Shown piece after piece: positions 9,568 to 20,335 of a stretch of 64,000 nt of DNA. The position numbers and the translations under genes are program-made. A model generated the notes under the pieces. That model did no database searches, was not told the DNA's origin, and saw only the letters and a list, made by a program, of their open reading frames with translations. Location of the stretch: contig CANLII010000010.1 of the NCBI GenBank assembly GCA_947491315.1, positions 2,210-66,209 on the forward strand, in the 5' to 3' direction. The stretch is from Ignavibacteria bacterium. Lineage in GTDB: Bacteria > Bacteroidota > Ignavibacteria > Kapaibacteriales > UBA961. The stretch's first letter is position 1; each line of letters starts with the position of its first letter.

Positions 9568-10752
9568 ATGGAACCCGAATTAGCGGGTAAACCCGCAATC
9601 AAAATCGATACAGATATTTCTCCTTCCTTTACTTTGGGGATTGAAGAAGAATATATGGTGATCGATCCGCTCACGTTCAATCTCAAATCACATATCGATG
9701 TTGGCTTATTAGAGAAAAGTCAATTGCTCCTTCATGAACATGTCAAACCCGAAATGCATGGCAGCATGCTTGAGATTGGAACGAATGTCTGCTCGAATAT
9801 CGGACAAGCCAAGACGGAATTGACAAAAATGCGATCAATTATTTGGGCATTGTGCAGGCAAAACGGATTGCTTCTCGGAGCGGCAAGCACACATCCTTTT
9901 GCAGCATGGGAAGACCAAGAGATTTATCCCGATGAACGCTATCAAATCTTGATACGAGACATGCAAATGCTCGCCAGATCACTTGTGATTTTCGGTATGC
10001 ATATTCATATCGGTATTGAAGATCGGAATCTTCAAATTCAAATCATGAATGAAATGCGCTATTTCTTGCCTCATATTCTTGCCATTTCAACGAATTCTCC
10101 TTTCTGGACAGGACATGTTACAGGGCTAAAATCTTATAGATCCAAAGTATTCGAAAACTTCCCTCGCACAAATCTTCCTGATGAATTTCAAAGTTATGCC
10201 GAATATCAGGCCTATGTAGATATGCTCATGAAAACCGGATGCATAGATAATGCCAAGAAGATTTGGTGGGATATCAGGCCGCATCCAGTTTTTCCTACTC
10301 TTGAAATTCGCATTTGTGATATACCGATGCGCATAGAGGAAACTATTGCCATTGCTGCATTGTGTCAGGCGATCGTGAAAAAACTCTATACATTATATAC
10401 CAAGAATCTCAGTTTCAGAAGATATTCCAGAGCATTGATTCTGGAAAATAAATGGCGTGCAGTACGCTATGGACTCGATGGAAAATTGATTGATTTTGGT
10501 AAGCAAAAAGAAGTGCCGACCAGAGATCTCATTCGTGAATTACTTGAGTTTGTCGATGATGTGGTGGATGATCTTGGCTCCAGAAAAGAATTGGAGTTCA
10601 TTCATGAAATTTTGGAAATGGGCAGTGGTGCGGATCGACAGATAAAAGTATATGAGGCCACGAATTCATTTGATGAAGTGGTTGCTTATATTCACAAACA
10701 AAGTACAATGGGCTTGCATGATGATGTAGGACCCTATATCAAAGACATCTGA
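9568..10752 (+). CDS. ybdK: Carboxylate-amine ligase (glutamate-cysteine ligase family 2, YbdK-like)
   Basis: FTLGIEEE, GMHIHIG, NSPFW, WWDIRPHP-x-FPTLEIRICD motifs. Confidence 0.9.
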   Translation: MEPELAGKPAIKIDTDISPSFTLGIEEEYMVIDPLTFNLKSHIDVGLLEKSQLLLHEHVKPEMHGSMLEIGTNVCSNIGQAKTELTKMRSIIWALCRQNGLLLGAASTHPFAAWEDQEIYPDERYQILIRDMQMLARSLVIFGMHIHIGIEDRNLQIQIMNEMRYFLPHILAISTNSPFWTGHVTGLKSYRSKVFENFPRTNLPDEFQSYAEYQAYVDMLMKTGCIDNAKKIWWDIRPHPVFPTLEIRICDIPMRIEETIAIAALCQAIVKKLYTLYTKNLSFRRYSRALILENKWRAVRYGLDGKLIDFGKQKEVPTRDLIRELLEFVDDVVDDLGSRKELEFIHEILEMGSGADRQIKVYEATNSFDEVVAYIHKQSTMGLHDDVGPYIKDI

Positions 10753-10756
10753 TAAT

Positions 10757-11212
10757 ATGAAGAGCATGCACACTACTCATAATCCGGGATTTCGTGAAAC
10801 AATTTTGGCCCATCTTGAAAAACAAGAATTCATGAAAGCCATTGGCGCAACATTGATTTCCATTGAACTTGGTAAAGTAATCGCAGAAATACCACTCGAG
10901 AAAATGCATCAACAACAAATCGGACTTGTGCATGGCGGAGTGACAGCCACCATTGCAGATATTGCTGCCGGATTTGCAGGATTCACTTTGGTTGGTCCCG
11001 ATGAACATACAGTCACAGCCGAAATCAAAGTCAGCTATCTGAGACCGGCAAAAGGCATCAAGCTTAGAGCCATTGGTTCTGTGATCAAACAAGGTAGAAC
11101 AATGCATTTTTGCGAAGCACATGTGTATTGCATCAATGAACAAGGCGATGAAGAATTGATTGCACATGCAACAACAACAATGGCTATTATCAAACCCGGT
11201 TTTACAGGGTGA
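10757..11212 (+). CDS. PaaI-family hotdog thioesterase
   Basis: [13 protein letters not shown] and VSYLRPA motifs. Confidence 0.9.
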   Translation: MKSMHTTHNPGFRETILAHLEKQEFMKAIGATLISIELGKVIAEIPLEKMHQQQIGLVHGGVTATIADIAAGFAGFTLVGPDEHTVTAEIKVSYLRPAKGIKLRAIGSVIKQGRTMHFCEAHVYCINEQGDEELIAHATTTMAIIKPGFTG

Positions 11213-12690
11213 ACATGCAATATCAAAAAGACTTCACTCCTACTTTAGGTCTCATAACAACTATTGCCATTATTGTTGGAGGAGTGATTGGTAGCGGAAT
11301 ATTCAAAAAACCAGCCAGCATGGCTACACAGCTCGGCTCCCCTGAATTACTCATCGGTGTTTGGGTTTTGGCGGGTGTATTGACATTATTCGGGGCTTTA
11401 ACAAATGCTGAGATAGCCAGCATGATTCCGAAAACTGGTGGTCAATATGAATTTTTCCGAATGATGTATGGAGAATTCACAGCATATCTCTATGGTTGGT
11501 CAATGTTTAGCGTCGTGCAAACCGCCTCCATAGCATCCATCACATTCATATTCGCCGATTCTGTCCATTCCATATTTCCTTTACCTCAATTGTCACCAGA
11601 TCTCGAAGCATGGTCTTTGCATCTTCCTTTGATAGGATCCATCTTTCCAATGAAGGATTTTGGAACCAAGATTCTGACTATAGTGGCGATTCTCTTTCTC
11701 ACATTCATTAATTACCGAGGTGTCTCCCTGGGTGGAACCTTGCAAGTCATGTTCACTGCACTCAAAGTTTTGGCATTGCTGTTCATCGTAGGAATGGCTT
11801 TCTTGATTGGAAATGGAAGCTTGATGAATTTCTCACAAGATATAGTCTTAACAAATGGTGTGAGTGCCATACCACAAGGTTGGTCATTGATTTCAGCAAT
11901 TGTCATGGCTTTATCAGGAGCTTTTTGGGCATATGATGGCTGGAATAATATCACCTATATAGCAGGAGAGGTAAAGAATCCTTCCAAGACAATACCCCGA
12001 GGATTATTCCTAGGCATGATGATCATCATCACTGTCTATGTGCTCATCAATCTTGCATATCTCTATATTCTCCCAATCAATGCAATGTCTCAATCCTCAC
12101 TGGTTGCAGTCGATGTGGTTACAGCAATTTTCACTTCGATCAATCCTGCATTGGCATCATTTGCAACAGGATTCATTGCCATCGCGATCATGATTTCAAC
12201 ATTCGGTGCATCTAATGGAACAATACTCGTGAGTTCCAGAGTATATTATGCAATGGCCAAACAAGGATTGTTTTTCCGATCAATGGGCAATGTTCATCCG
12301 ACCTTTAAAACTCCCAGTAATGCTTTGATCATTCAAGGTATTTGGTCATCCGTATTGGTATTCAGTGGTACTTTCGACACTCTCACCGACATGTTGATTT
12401 TTGTCTCTTGGATTTTCTATGCCATGGGCGCATTCGGCGTTTTCGTATTGCGCAAGAAAATGCCCGATCATCCACGGCCATATAAGGTCTGGGGATATCC
12501 ATTTGTACCGGCCATATTTGTGATATTTGCGATTGGATTTGTGCTCTATACATTATACAATGACATTGCGATGTATGCTGAAGGAACAATGCCGATCATC
12601 AATTCCGTTTTTGGTTTGGTGCTCGTCGCACTTGGAATACCGTTTTATCTGTATTTTCGCAAACAACAGTTCAATACATCTTCTGAATGA
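11209..12690 (+). CDS. APC-family amino acid permease
   Basis: [30 protein letters not shown] motifs. Confidence 0.92.
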   Translation: MNMQYQKDFTPTLGLITTIAIIVGGVIGSGIFKKPASMATQLGSPELLIGVWVLAGVLTLFGALTNAEIASMIPKTGGQYEFFRMMYGEFTAYLYGWSMFSVVQTASIASITFIFADSVHSIFPLPQLSPDLEAWSLHLPLIGSIFPMKDFGTKILTIVAILFLTFINYRGVSLGGTLQVMFTALKVLALLFIVGMAFLIGNGSLMNFSQDIVLTNGVSAIPQGWSLISAIVMALSGAFWAYDGWNNITYIAGEVKNPSKTIPRGLFLGMMIIITVYVLINLAYLYILPINAMSQSSLVAVDVVTAIFTSINPALASFATGFIAIAIMISTFGASNGTILVSSRVYYAMAKQGLFFRSMGNVHPTFKTPSNALIIQGIWSSVLVFSGTFDTLTDMLIFVSWIFYAMGAFGVFVLRKKMPDHPRPYKVWGYPFVPAIFVIFAIGFVLYTLYNDIAMYAEGTMPIINSVFGLVLVALGIPFYLYFRKQQFNTSSE

Positions 12691-13610
12691 CCATGAATAC
12701 TACACTCTCGGTCTACTTTGGTTCTGAACGCACTTATATCTCACTTCTCAATACTGCAAGAGAAGGAATAGAAGTATTGCATGTGAATGCATTTCCGCAA
12801 ACACTGCGCAATGAAGATGATATTCAGATACTGTCCCAAATCATTAGCAAAGATCTTGCACCGTATTTTGGGATGGTTCAAATGGTGAATTTCAGCATCC
12901 CCATTGAAAAGGTCTATATCTATCAAGTTCCCAATGCCGATTTATCCCGTAAAGCGGAAATCAAAGCATTATTGAATGAAGAGATTCAGCAAGCTGAACC
13001 GGAAAAAACAGCAGATGATTTTTCAATTATGCTCATTCCGGGTCATGCAACTGAAGATGGCTCAAAGCATATGTTGGCAATCATGACCGATCTCGCTTTG
13101 ATTGACATGTGTAAGAAGTGTTTCAGCTCTTTTAAAGTCCCCATCAAGTTCACTCAAAACAGCCAATTCTCTGCACATTCTGCGTGCATGATGAATTACC
13201 CTGAATTCGCACATAAGACCATCGCGATACTTGGCGTTCAAGAACGCTTCATAGATGTAAGTGTTCTCACTGAAGGAAATCTTGCATTTTATTCTCTCTA
13301 TGGAATCACCGCGGATGATGATTTTGGATCTGTGTGTATAAAGATTCTGACATCCGTACTTCCTCAGTATCTTCCTTCTCTCGATCTTGCATTGCTCTAT
13401 GGCGAGGGATTGCGAAAAGATTTGCTTGATACATTATCACATGCCGTGACCGTAGATACAATGCGATTCAATGCTTTTCGTGGCCTGCTCTCCACCACTT
13501 CCCTCGGCATCAGTGACATTGCATTATGCAATAAAGCAGCGCATGTTTTTCCACCGGCAATCGGGGCAAGTCTCAAACCACTTCAAGAAAAAGAAATCGT
13601 GTATCTTTAA
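12687..13610 (+). CDS. Hypothetical protein, probable degenerate PilM/actin-like fold
   Basis: N-terminal beta-strands [14 protein letters not shown], later ILGVQ...IDVSV, LYGEG, and C-terminal AIGASLK resemble the PilM pattern. Confidence 0.45.
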   Translation: MTMNTTLSVYFGSERTYISLLNTAREGIEVLHVNAFPQTLRNEDDIQILSQIISKDLAPYFGMVQMVNFSIPIEKVYIYQVPNADLSRKAEIKALLNEEIQQAEPEKTADDFSIMLIPGHATEDGSKHMLAIMTDLALIDMCKKCFSSFKVPIKFTQNSQFSAHSACMMNYPEFAHKTIAILGVQERFIDVSVLTEGNLAFYSLYGITADDDFGSVCIKILTSVLPQYLPSLDLALLYGEGLRKDLLDTLSHAVTVDTMRFNAFRGLLSTTSLGISDIALCNKAAHVFPPAIGASLKPLQEKEIVYL

Positions 13611-13920
13611 TGATTTCAATATGATGAAAGATACTGTGCAATGCATGTCATCTTTAAGCATTGTATGAAGCACATATATTCCTTGGGATACTTGACCATA
13701 TATTTTGTTCTCCCACATCGCTATTTCACTTCCATTGATTGTCACTTCTCAATTACTCGAATATCATGAATCGGGACATATACAAAGTCTATTGCACTAA
13801 AATCGTTTTACCTATCAAGAAAAACGCAAAGTAATATCTCAAGATTTGAATCAATATGTGACGAATCGTAGTTTGCAGTGTTATTGATTCACAAATTCCA
13901 CCATTTATCGGTAAAAATCT

Positions 13921-16900
13921 ATGAAGTTCTTATCGTACTTCTTCATAATTAATGTTCTATTTTCATTTCATGCTGTTGCACAACCCACAAGATTTGAATC
14001 TCGCGGAATGGGCGGTGGAACCACATTTCATTCATTGTCGATTGCACCAGCGATGCCCTATACAGTTCGCGTATCAGGTTCAGCATCCCAAATGTTTGCC
14101 AGTACCGATCTTGGCATATCATGGAATGCGTACCCGCATGCAACTATAGCCGGTGGAAGTTCTGCAGGCAATGTGACATTCACTTCGAATACGCAGATTC
14201 TCTATGCAATCTCGGAGAAAGAGGGAGACTTTATTCCCGTGCGTTCGAGTGATGGCGGAAGAAGCTGGAACCCGATTAATGATCCAACATTTGGTGGCGC
14301 ATATTATATTCATGCAGATCCCGCTTCAATAAATAGACTGATTGTCTCAGATTATACCGATGTCTATTTTTCATCAGATGGCGGAGCAAATTGGACGATT
14401 GCAATCAGTGAAATCTCCGATGGAGCTGATGGATGCTATATTGCAGGCGTTTTGTTTGATGGCACCTATATCATGATTGCCACACAAGCAGGCATCTACA
14501 CTTCGGATGATGATGGCCTCTCATTCATCAAAGATTCTTTTTATGAATTTCCAAAAGAAACCGGCATCATATCTTTTACTTATGGTGTAAGTGGTAATCT
14601 CTATCGTTTGGCTTGCTTGACAGGTCCGATTGAAATGCTCTATCCCGGTATCGAACCCGATGAAATCACCGCTTATGATGAACTCTATGTCATGGATGTG
14701 ATCAATGGTCAATCAGGAGATTGGATTTCTCGAAAGTCTGCATTACCCGGAACATTTTTGCCTAATCATCTGGTCATGTCAATGAATGATCCATCGCGAT
14801 TATATCTAGCCGGATCAAATGACATGAATGAACCCGTGATTTTGCGTTCAGTTAATGGTGGAAATGCATTTACTTCCGTCTTCAAAACCGAAAACAATGC
14901 AAATATCGCAAGCGGTTGGATTGGTTCAGGTAGTGCTTGGGATTGGTCTTATGCGGGAACGGCAATGACATTTTCAGTATCTTCAAAAAATCCCCAAATC
15001 CTTGCAATGGGTGATTATGCTTCACTTCATATCAGTACAAATGGTGGTGATTCCTGGAAACAAGCATATCTCAGAACAGCAGATGAACATCCACAGAATA
15101 CGGCAATTCCACAATCTTCAACATATCAATCCAATGGATTGGAAAATTCAACGGTACATGATATTCTTTATGTAGATTCAACAATCGTATTGGCGGGAAT
15201 TGATGCAGGTGGGATCATTCGATCAATGGATAATGGAATTTCATGGAAGAAGATCAGCATTCCTGCAACATTTTCCACCTGTTATGATATTGAGATATCC
15301 GATGGAATCATCTATGCCGCAGTTTCTTCCCTCTCTTCATTATACTCTATTGGAAAAGTGTCTGATATGTTGATACATACCGCTCCGAGTGCCATTCTGC
15401 AATCAACGGATAAAGGTATTACTTGGTCGATAGTCAAAGAATTTCCTTCTCCCATTTCAAGTTTATGCATCGATCCGCAAAATCCCAAAAGACTCTATGC
15501 CGGACTCGCTCATTCCACTCAAGGCGGAATCATCGTGAATGATAATATTTCAGGAGGTGGTACTTGGAAGAATCTTGCAAATCCACCAAGAACTGAAGGA
15601 CATCCCCATACTATTAAAGTATTGAAAGATGGAACAATTATCGCAAGTTTCACGGCCAGAAGAAATGGAACAGTCCTCACGAAAAGTGCCGGCTTATTTA
15701 CATCAAATGATGGCGGTACAACTTGGACAGATGTCTCCATTGATGAAATGAAACGATGGACAACATCTTTTGCCATTGATCCGCATGATCCATATCGTAA
15801 TACATGGTATGTCACAACATGGAGTGACCCAACAAATGCGAATGATAATTCAGGCGGAGTATATCGCACAATCAATCGTGGAAGAAATTGGACGCGAATC
15901 GTAACATTACCGCTCCGTAATGGATATGCAGGAAGAATCAATGCATGCGAAATCAATCCTGCGCAAAATGGACAATTATATATTGCAACTGAAACGCATG
16001 GACTCTATCTGTCCCAAAATGCGAATGCACAAAATCCTACAAGCGGTGAATTGGCGAATATTTTTCCCGCAAGAGCATCACGCGCCATTTCCTTCAAACA
16101 ATCAGCACCTTGGGAAATGTTCATCGGAACAATAGGCAATGGTTTGCGATTCGGAAAAACAACAATCCCCCAAATACCATATCAGACTGCATCATTGCCA
16201 ATGCGTGATACCGTGATTGTGTATGAGAAAGGATTTAAACCTCAGATGACCATTCTTCCTCAATGGAATGTCGCACAAAACATAATACAAGCACAAGCAA
16301 GATTTTCAAATGGTAGATCATTCACCAAAGCAGACACGATTGATATCATCAATATCAATGCAAATCATATTCCCGGCAATGTACCCGGCATCGATTCCAT
16401 TTGGTATATGCAAAGTCGAATAGGTAATATCTCCGGCTGGAGCGCATGGTCTGAAATGATTGCCATCACATTCAGAGAAGTCAATACCGGAAATGTACCC
16501 GTGATTACATTATTGCAACCAAAATCCGATACGGTCATTCAATATCTTGAAGGAGAAAAACCCGTGCTTGTGATCTCTTGGAGTGCAAAAGCAGAAGATA
16601 GTATCAGCAAATCCCAAGTTCGCTTTTCCATCAATGAGAATTTTATACCATTGGCAGATACAATCGATGCAGGAATCATTCCTTCCATTTCTTTGCCATC
16701 TTCTATCCCCGGTTCCGATTCCATATGGTATATGCAGGCGCGTGCTGAGAATAGGATTGGTTGGGGACCGTGGACCGAAAGGAAAAAACTTACATTCTCA
16801 AAGAAATCATCCAGTGATATCATGGATGAAGAACATGGATTCAAACTCATGCCGAATCCCGTGGGTGATATCTTGACAATCTTAAGTAATTCACAAGATG

Positions 16901-17043
16901 GATTTCGAGTGTATTCCATGACGGGCGAGGAAATTCTAAAAGGCAAAACGGGAATTCCCTTGAATGTCTCAGGAATTCCCGCCGGCTTCTATCTTGTGCG
17001 ATTTGATCAACTCAAAGTCACCATGCGATTTATCAAGGAATAA
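13921..17043 (+). CDS. Secreted BNR/Asp-box beta-propeller protein with two FN3-like domains and T9SS CTD
   Basis: Signal peptide; many S-x-D-G-G-x-(S/T)-W repeats; PNPV...AGFYLV...FIKE C-terminal sorting domain. Confidence 0.85.
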   Translation: MKFLSYFFIINVLFSFHAVAQPTRFESRGMGGGTTFHSLSIAPAMPYTVRVSGSASQMFASTDLGISWNAYPHATIAGGSSAGNVTFTSNTQILYAISEKEGDFIPVRSSDGGRSWNPINDPTFGGAYYIHADPASINRLIVSDYTDVYFSSDGGANWTIAISEISDGADGCYIAGVLFDGTYIMIATQAGIYTSDDDGLSFIKDSFYEFPKETGIISFTYGVSGNLYRLACLTGPIEMLYPGIEPDEITAYDELYVMDVINGQSGDWISRKSALPGTFLPNHLVMSMNDPSRLYLAGSNDMNEPVILRSVNGGNAFTSVFKTENNANIASGWIGSGSAWDWSYAGTAMTFSVSSKNPQILAMGDYASLHISTNGGDSWKQAYLRTADEHPQNTAIPQSSTYQSNGLENSTVHDILYVDSTIVLAGIDAGGIIRSMDNGISWKKISIPATFSTCYDIEISDGIIYAAVSSLSSLYSIGKVSDMLIHTAPSAILQSTDKGITWSIVKEFPSPISSLCIDPQNPKRLYAGLAHSTQGGIIVNDNISGGGTWKNLANPPRTEGHPHTIKVLKDGTIIASFTARRNGTVLTKSAGLFTSNDGGTTWTDVSIDEMKRWTTSFAIDPHDPYRNTWYVTTWSDPTNANDNSGGVYRTINRGRNWTRIVTLPLRNGYAGRINACEINPAQNGQLYIATETHGLYLSQNANAQNPTSGELANIFPARASRAISFKQSAPWEMFIGTIGNGLRFGKTTIPQIPYQTASLPMRDTVIVYEKGFKPQMTILPQWNVAQNIIQAQARFSNGRSFTKADTIDIININANHIPGNVPGIDSIWYMQSRIGNISGWSAWSEMIAITFREVNTGNVPVITLLQPKSDTVIQYLEGEKPVLVISWSAKAEDSISKSQVRFSINENFIPLADTIDAGIIPSISLPSSIPGSDSIWYMQARAENRIGWGPWTERKKLTFSKKSSSDIMDEEHGFKLMPNPVGDILTILSNSQDGFRVYSMTGEEILKGKTGIPLNVSGIPAGFYLVRFDQLKVTMRFIKE

Positions 17044-20000
17044 TCATTCTCCACTGATGATCGGCAATTTCAGATTCACATAATGCTCATTGAATCTCTT
17101 GATTTCGATGAGTTCCATGGCTTTCACCGCATCAAGTTCTTGTTGAATCAATGCGGTGATTTTTTTTACCGCTTCATAAGTCTGCTCTGTTGGCTTTGCA
17201 TCCGCTGATGCAATGGTTGATGTCAAAGCAGACAATTTATTATTCAATTTCATCGGATGATTCAAAAGGTCTTGTCCGGCTTTTGCTTTATTCTGCACGA
17301 GTCTGTTTTCAATTGCATTCAATGAATCAGTGATCAATGTTCCAAGCTTGATAATGTCTTTTGTCAATATCGTATCCTTCACTTCTTTTTTCATTTTTGT
17401 AATTGATTGAGCAATGGTGGACTTCATGTCTTTCATGCGATTGACCGTTTTATGTGTTTCGCTCACCTTTGCATTTACAGATGAATGTAAATCAAATTGC
17501 AATTTCAAATCTTCGGTTTTTGCACCAATAGCCGATGCAATGTCGAATTGTTGTTTTGCAATGATTGAGTCACCTTTTTTCAGAATCACGGAATATGTTC
17601 CGGGAAACACTTTCGGACCTCGCGTTGAAGCACCCCACATCACAACCGGAGATTCAATTGCCGGCGCAATATGCATATCCCAGAAAAAGCGATTGAGTCC
17701 TTTCTGTAAGGAAAGTGCGGCATTCTTCACTTCCTTTCCGGGCTCAGTATGATATACTGATTCGGTGATTGCCTTTTCACCTTTCATGTCTTTGTCTGAA
17801 GAAAATGTTCGCAAGACTGAATCTTTTTGATCGCGGAATTCCATTGTAATCGGACCGCTTCCCGAGCCGTCCCAGTTATAATACACCATCACACCATTCG
17901 GAAGATTTTCGCCTGTTTGCATTCCCGGACTATACCATGCTCCACCTTCCATGCGCCAGCTGGAGCGAGGTTTGAACAAAGTGTATTGAGCATTCTTGAC
18001 TTGATTTGAAGCCACATTGCGAAGAGGCGTGATATCATCCAGTATCCAGAAAGATCTACCATGCGTCGCGATTGCGAGATCGCCTTCTCTTTCATGAATG
18101 ACAAGATCATGTATCGGACTTCTTGGCAAATTATTCTGCATGGCAGTCCATGATGCGCCATCATTGACGGACACAAAGAGTCCGATCTCGGTTCCGGCAA
18201 ATAGCAATCCTTTTTGTTTTGGGTCTTCACGAATCACTCTCGTATAAGCAATATCCGGAATCCCTTTATTGATCAATTCCCAGGACTTTCCATAATTGGT
18301 TGTCCTGAGCAAATATGGTTTTGCATCATCGGCCGATTTATATCTCGTGGCTGCCAAATATGCCGTTCCTTCATCGAAATGTCCTGCATCAATGATGCTG
18401 ATCAAAGCCGGTTTACCACCATTGGGTAATTCTTTTGGTGTCACATTATTCCATGTTTTTCCGCCATCTCTTGTGATATGTACGAGTCCATCATCAGTTC
18501 CGGCCCAAAGGATATTTCTATTGAGTGGAGATTCGCTGAAAGCAAAAATGGTGCAATGCGTTTCAACACCGGTATTGTCTTTCGTGATCATCCCACCTGA
18601 AGCCTGCATTTTACTCGAATCATTCGTTGTGAGATCATCACTTATGCGCTCCCAGGAATGTCCTTCATTGGAAGTTTTGAAGACATGATTACCACAAGTA
18701 TATAGTACATTCTGATCATGTTTTGAGAAGACAATCGGATATGTCCATTGAAAACGATACTGATGATTTGCGGCGGCGCTTCCCACAACATTTTCTGGAT
18801 AGACACTCACATCTTGATCTTGCAAATTCTTCCGATTCAATCTTGAAAGGAAGCCTCCATAATTGCCACCATATATGATATTGTGATCTTTGGGATCCAC
18901 TGCAATATATCCCGATTCACCACCGGCGGCTATGAACCAATCTGATTTATCGATTGACCAACCGAATGACCGTGAAGCGATGCCGATGGAACTATTGTCT
19001 TGCTGACAACCATAAACGCGATAAGGAATTTGATTGTCGGTGGTCACATGATAAAACTGCGCGGTTGGTATATCAATATCGGAATATGTTTTTCCACCCG
19101 TATTCGTAATGAATGCACCTCCATCATCAGCCACAATGAAACGCTCTACATCCTCAGGATCTATCCACATATCATGATGATCGCCATGCATTGTTCTCAT
19201 ACCGGAAAATGTTCGTCCACCATCGGTGCTTTTGAAGATACCCACATTTAATGCATAGATACCATCCGCATCTTTGGGGTCGGCGATGATATGAGAGAAA
19301 TACCAGGGTCTTTGACGAATATTTCTATCTTCTGAAACCTTCATCCATGTTCTTCCGGCATCATCGCTTCTGAATAATCCGCCATTTTCATGTTCTATCA
19401 TTGCCCAAATTCTATCGCGCTTTGCCGGCGAACAAGTCATGCGAATCTTGCCGAGCACACCTTTGGGGAGTCCCGGATTTTTTGAAAGTTCTTTCCATGT
19501 ATCACCTCCATCAGTAGATTGAAACAAACCACATCCGGGGCCACCACTCGACATGCTGAATGCATTTCTGGAAGCTTGCCACAGTGTGGCATAAAGCATG
19601 CGTGGATTATGAGGATCTCGCTGAATATCAATCGCTCCGGTTGAGTCGCCAAGTGTTCCAGGTCTTTTCAAGACCAATGTCCAACTCGACCCACCATTCG
19701 TAGTTTTATATATTCCGCGATCAGGATTTGTTCCGAAAATTCTTCCCATCGATGCGATGAGCACTTCATCCGGATTATTGGGATGAACGGCAATCTTGGC
19801 GATATTCCCGAAACTTCTTGGTGAGATGTGTTTCCAAGTAATTCCTGCATCTAGTGTTCGATAGACACCTTCGCCAAAAGAGATATTTCCTCGAATATCG
19901 CATTCACCGGTTCCAATATAGATCATCGAGGGATCAGATGGAGCAATAGCAATGGCACCGATTGAGGAAGCCATGAAACTTGTATCGGAAATGGAAATCC

Positions 20001-20265
20001 ATGATTCCCCGGCATCTTCTGTTTTCCAAACACCGCCACCCATTGCACCGAAATAATAGGTATTTCGATCCCCTTTGATGCCCGTGCAAGCAAGTGATCT
20101 ACCGCCACGAAAAGGTCCGATATGACGATATTTCATCCCTTCAATAATCTGCTGCTCGAAGGTTTGTGCATGCAATTCAAGGGAAAAAAGTGTCAATAAA
20201 AACACAATGAACATGAGACACCCGGTAAGAATGAACAATGGAACATGATCAAATGAATGATTCAT
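17044..20265 (-). CDS. VPS10/sortilin-like BNR-repeat protein ('glycosyl hydrolase')
   Basis: YRHIGPFRGGRS, repeated SxDGGxTW, HGDHHDMWIDP, ATHGRSFWILDD motifs; helical C-terminus. Confidence 0.9.
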   Translation of the reverse strand: MNHSFDHVPLFILTGCLMFIVFLLTLFSLELHAQTFEQQIIEGMKYRHIGPFRGGRSLACTGIKGDRNTYYFGAMGGGVWKTEDAGESWISISDTSFMASSIGAIAIAPSDPSMIYIGTGECDIRGNISFGEGVYRTLDAGITWKHISPRSFGNIAKIAVHPNNPDEVLIASMGRIFGTNPDRGIYKTTNGGSSWTLVLKRPGTLGDSTGAIDIQRDPHNPRMLYATLWQASRNAFSMSSGGPGCGLFQSTDGGDTWKELSKNPGLPKGVLGKIRMTCSPAKRDRIWAMIEHENGGLFRSDDAGRTWMKVSEDRNIRQRPWYFSHIIADPKDADGIYALNVGIFKSTDGGRTFSGMRTMHGDHHDMWIDPEDVERFIVADDGGAFITNTGGKTYSDIDIPTAQFYHVTTDNQIPYRVYGCQQDNSSIGIASRSFGWSIDKSDWFIAAGGESGYIAVDPKDHNIIYGGNYGGFLSRLNRKNLQDQDVSVYPENVVGSAAANHQYRFQWTYPIVFSKHDQNVLYTCGNHVFKTSNEGHSWERISDDLTTNDSSKMQASGGMITKDNTGVETHCTIFAFSESPLNRNILWAGTDDGLVHITRDGGKTWNNVTPKELPNGGKPALISIIDAGHFDEGTAYLAATRYKSADDAKPYLLRTTNYGKSWELINKGIPDIAYTRVIREDPKQKGLLFAGTEIGLFVSVNDGASWTAMQNNLPRSPIHDLVIHEREGDLAIATHGRSFWILDDITPLRNVASNQVKNAQYTLFKPRSSWRMEGGAWYSPGMQTGENLPNGVMVYYNWDGSGSGPITMEFRDQKDSVLRTFSSDKDMKGEKAITESVYHTEPGKEVKNAALSLQKGLNRFFWDMHIAPAIESPVVMWGASTRGPKVFPGTYSVILKKGDSIIAKQQFDIASAIGAKTEDLKLQFDLHSSVNAKVSETHKTVNRMKDMKSTIAQSITKMKKEVKDTILTKDIIKLGTLITDSLNAIENRLVQNKAKAGQDLLNHPMKLNNKLSALTSTIASADAKPTEQTYEAVKKITALIQQELDAVKAMELIEIKRFNEHYVNLKLPIISGE

Positions 20266-20335
20266 GCAATCAAGTTAGGGAATTGATTAATTGTGATGCA
20301 ATACTTTATGGGAGTAAAAGACTCCTAATACTGCA

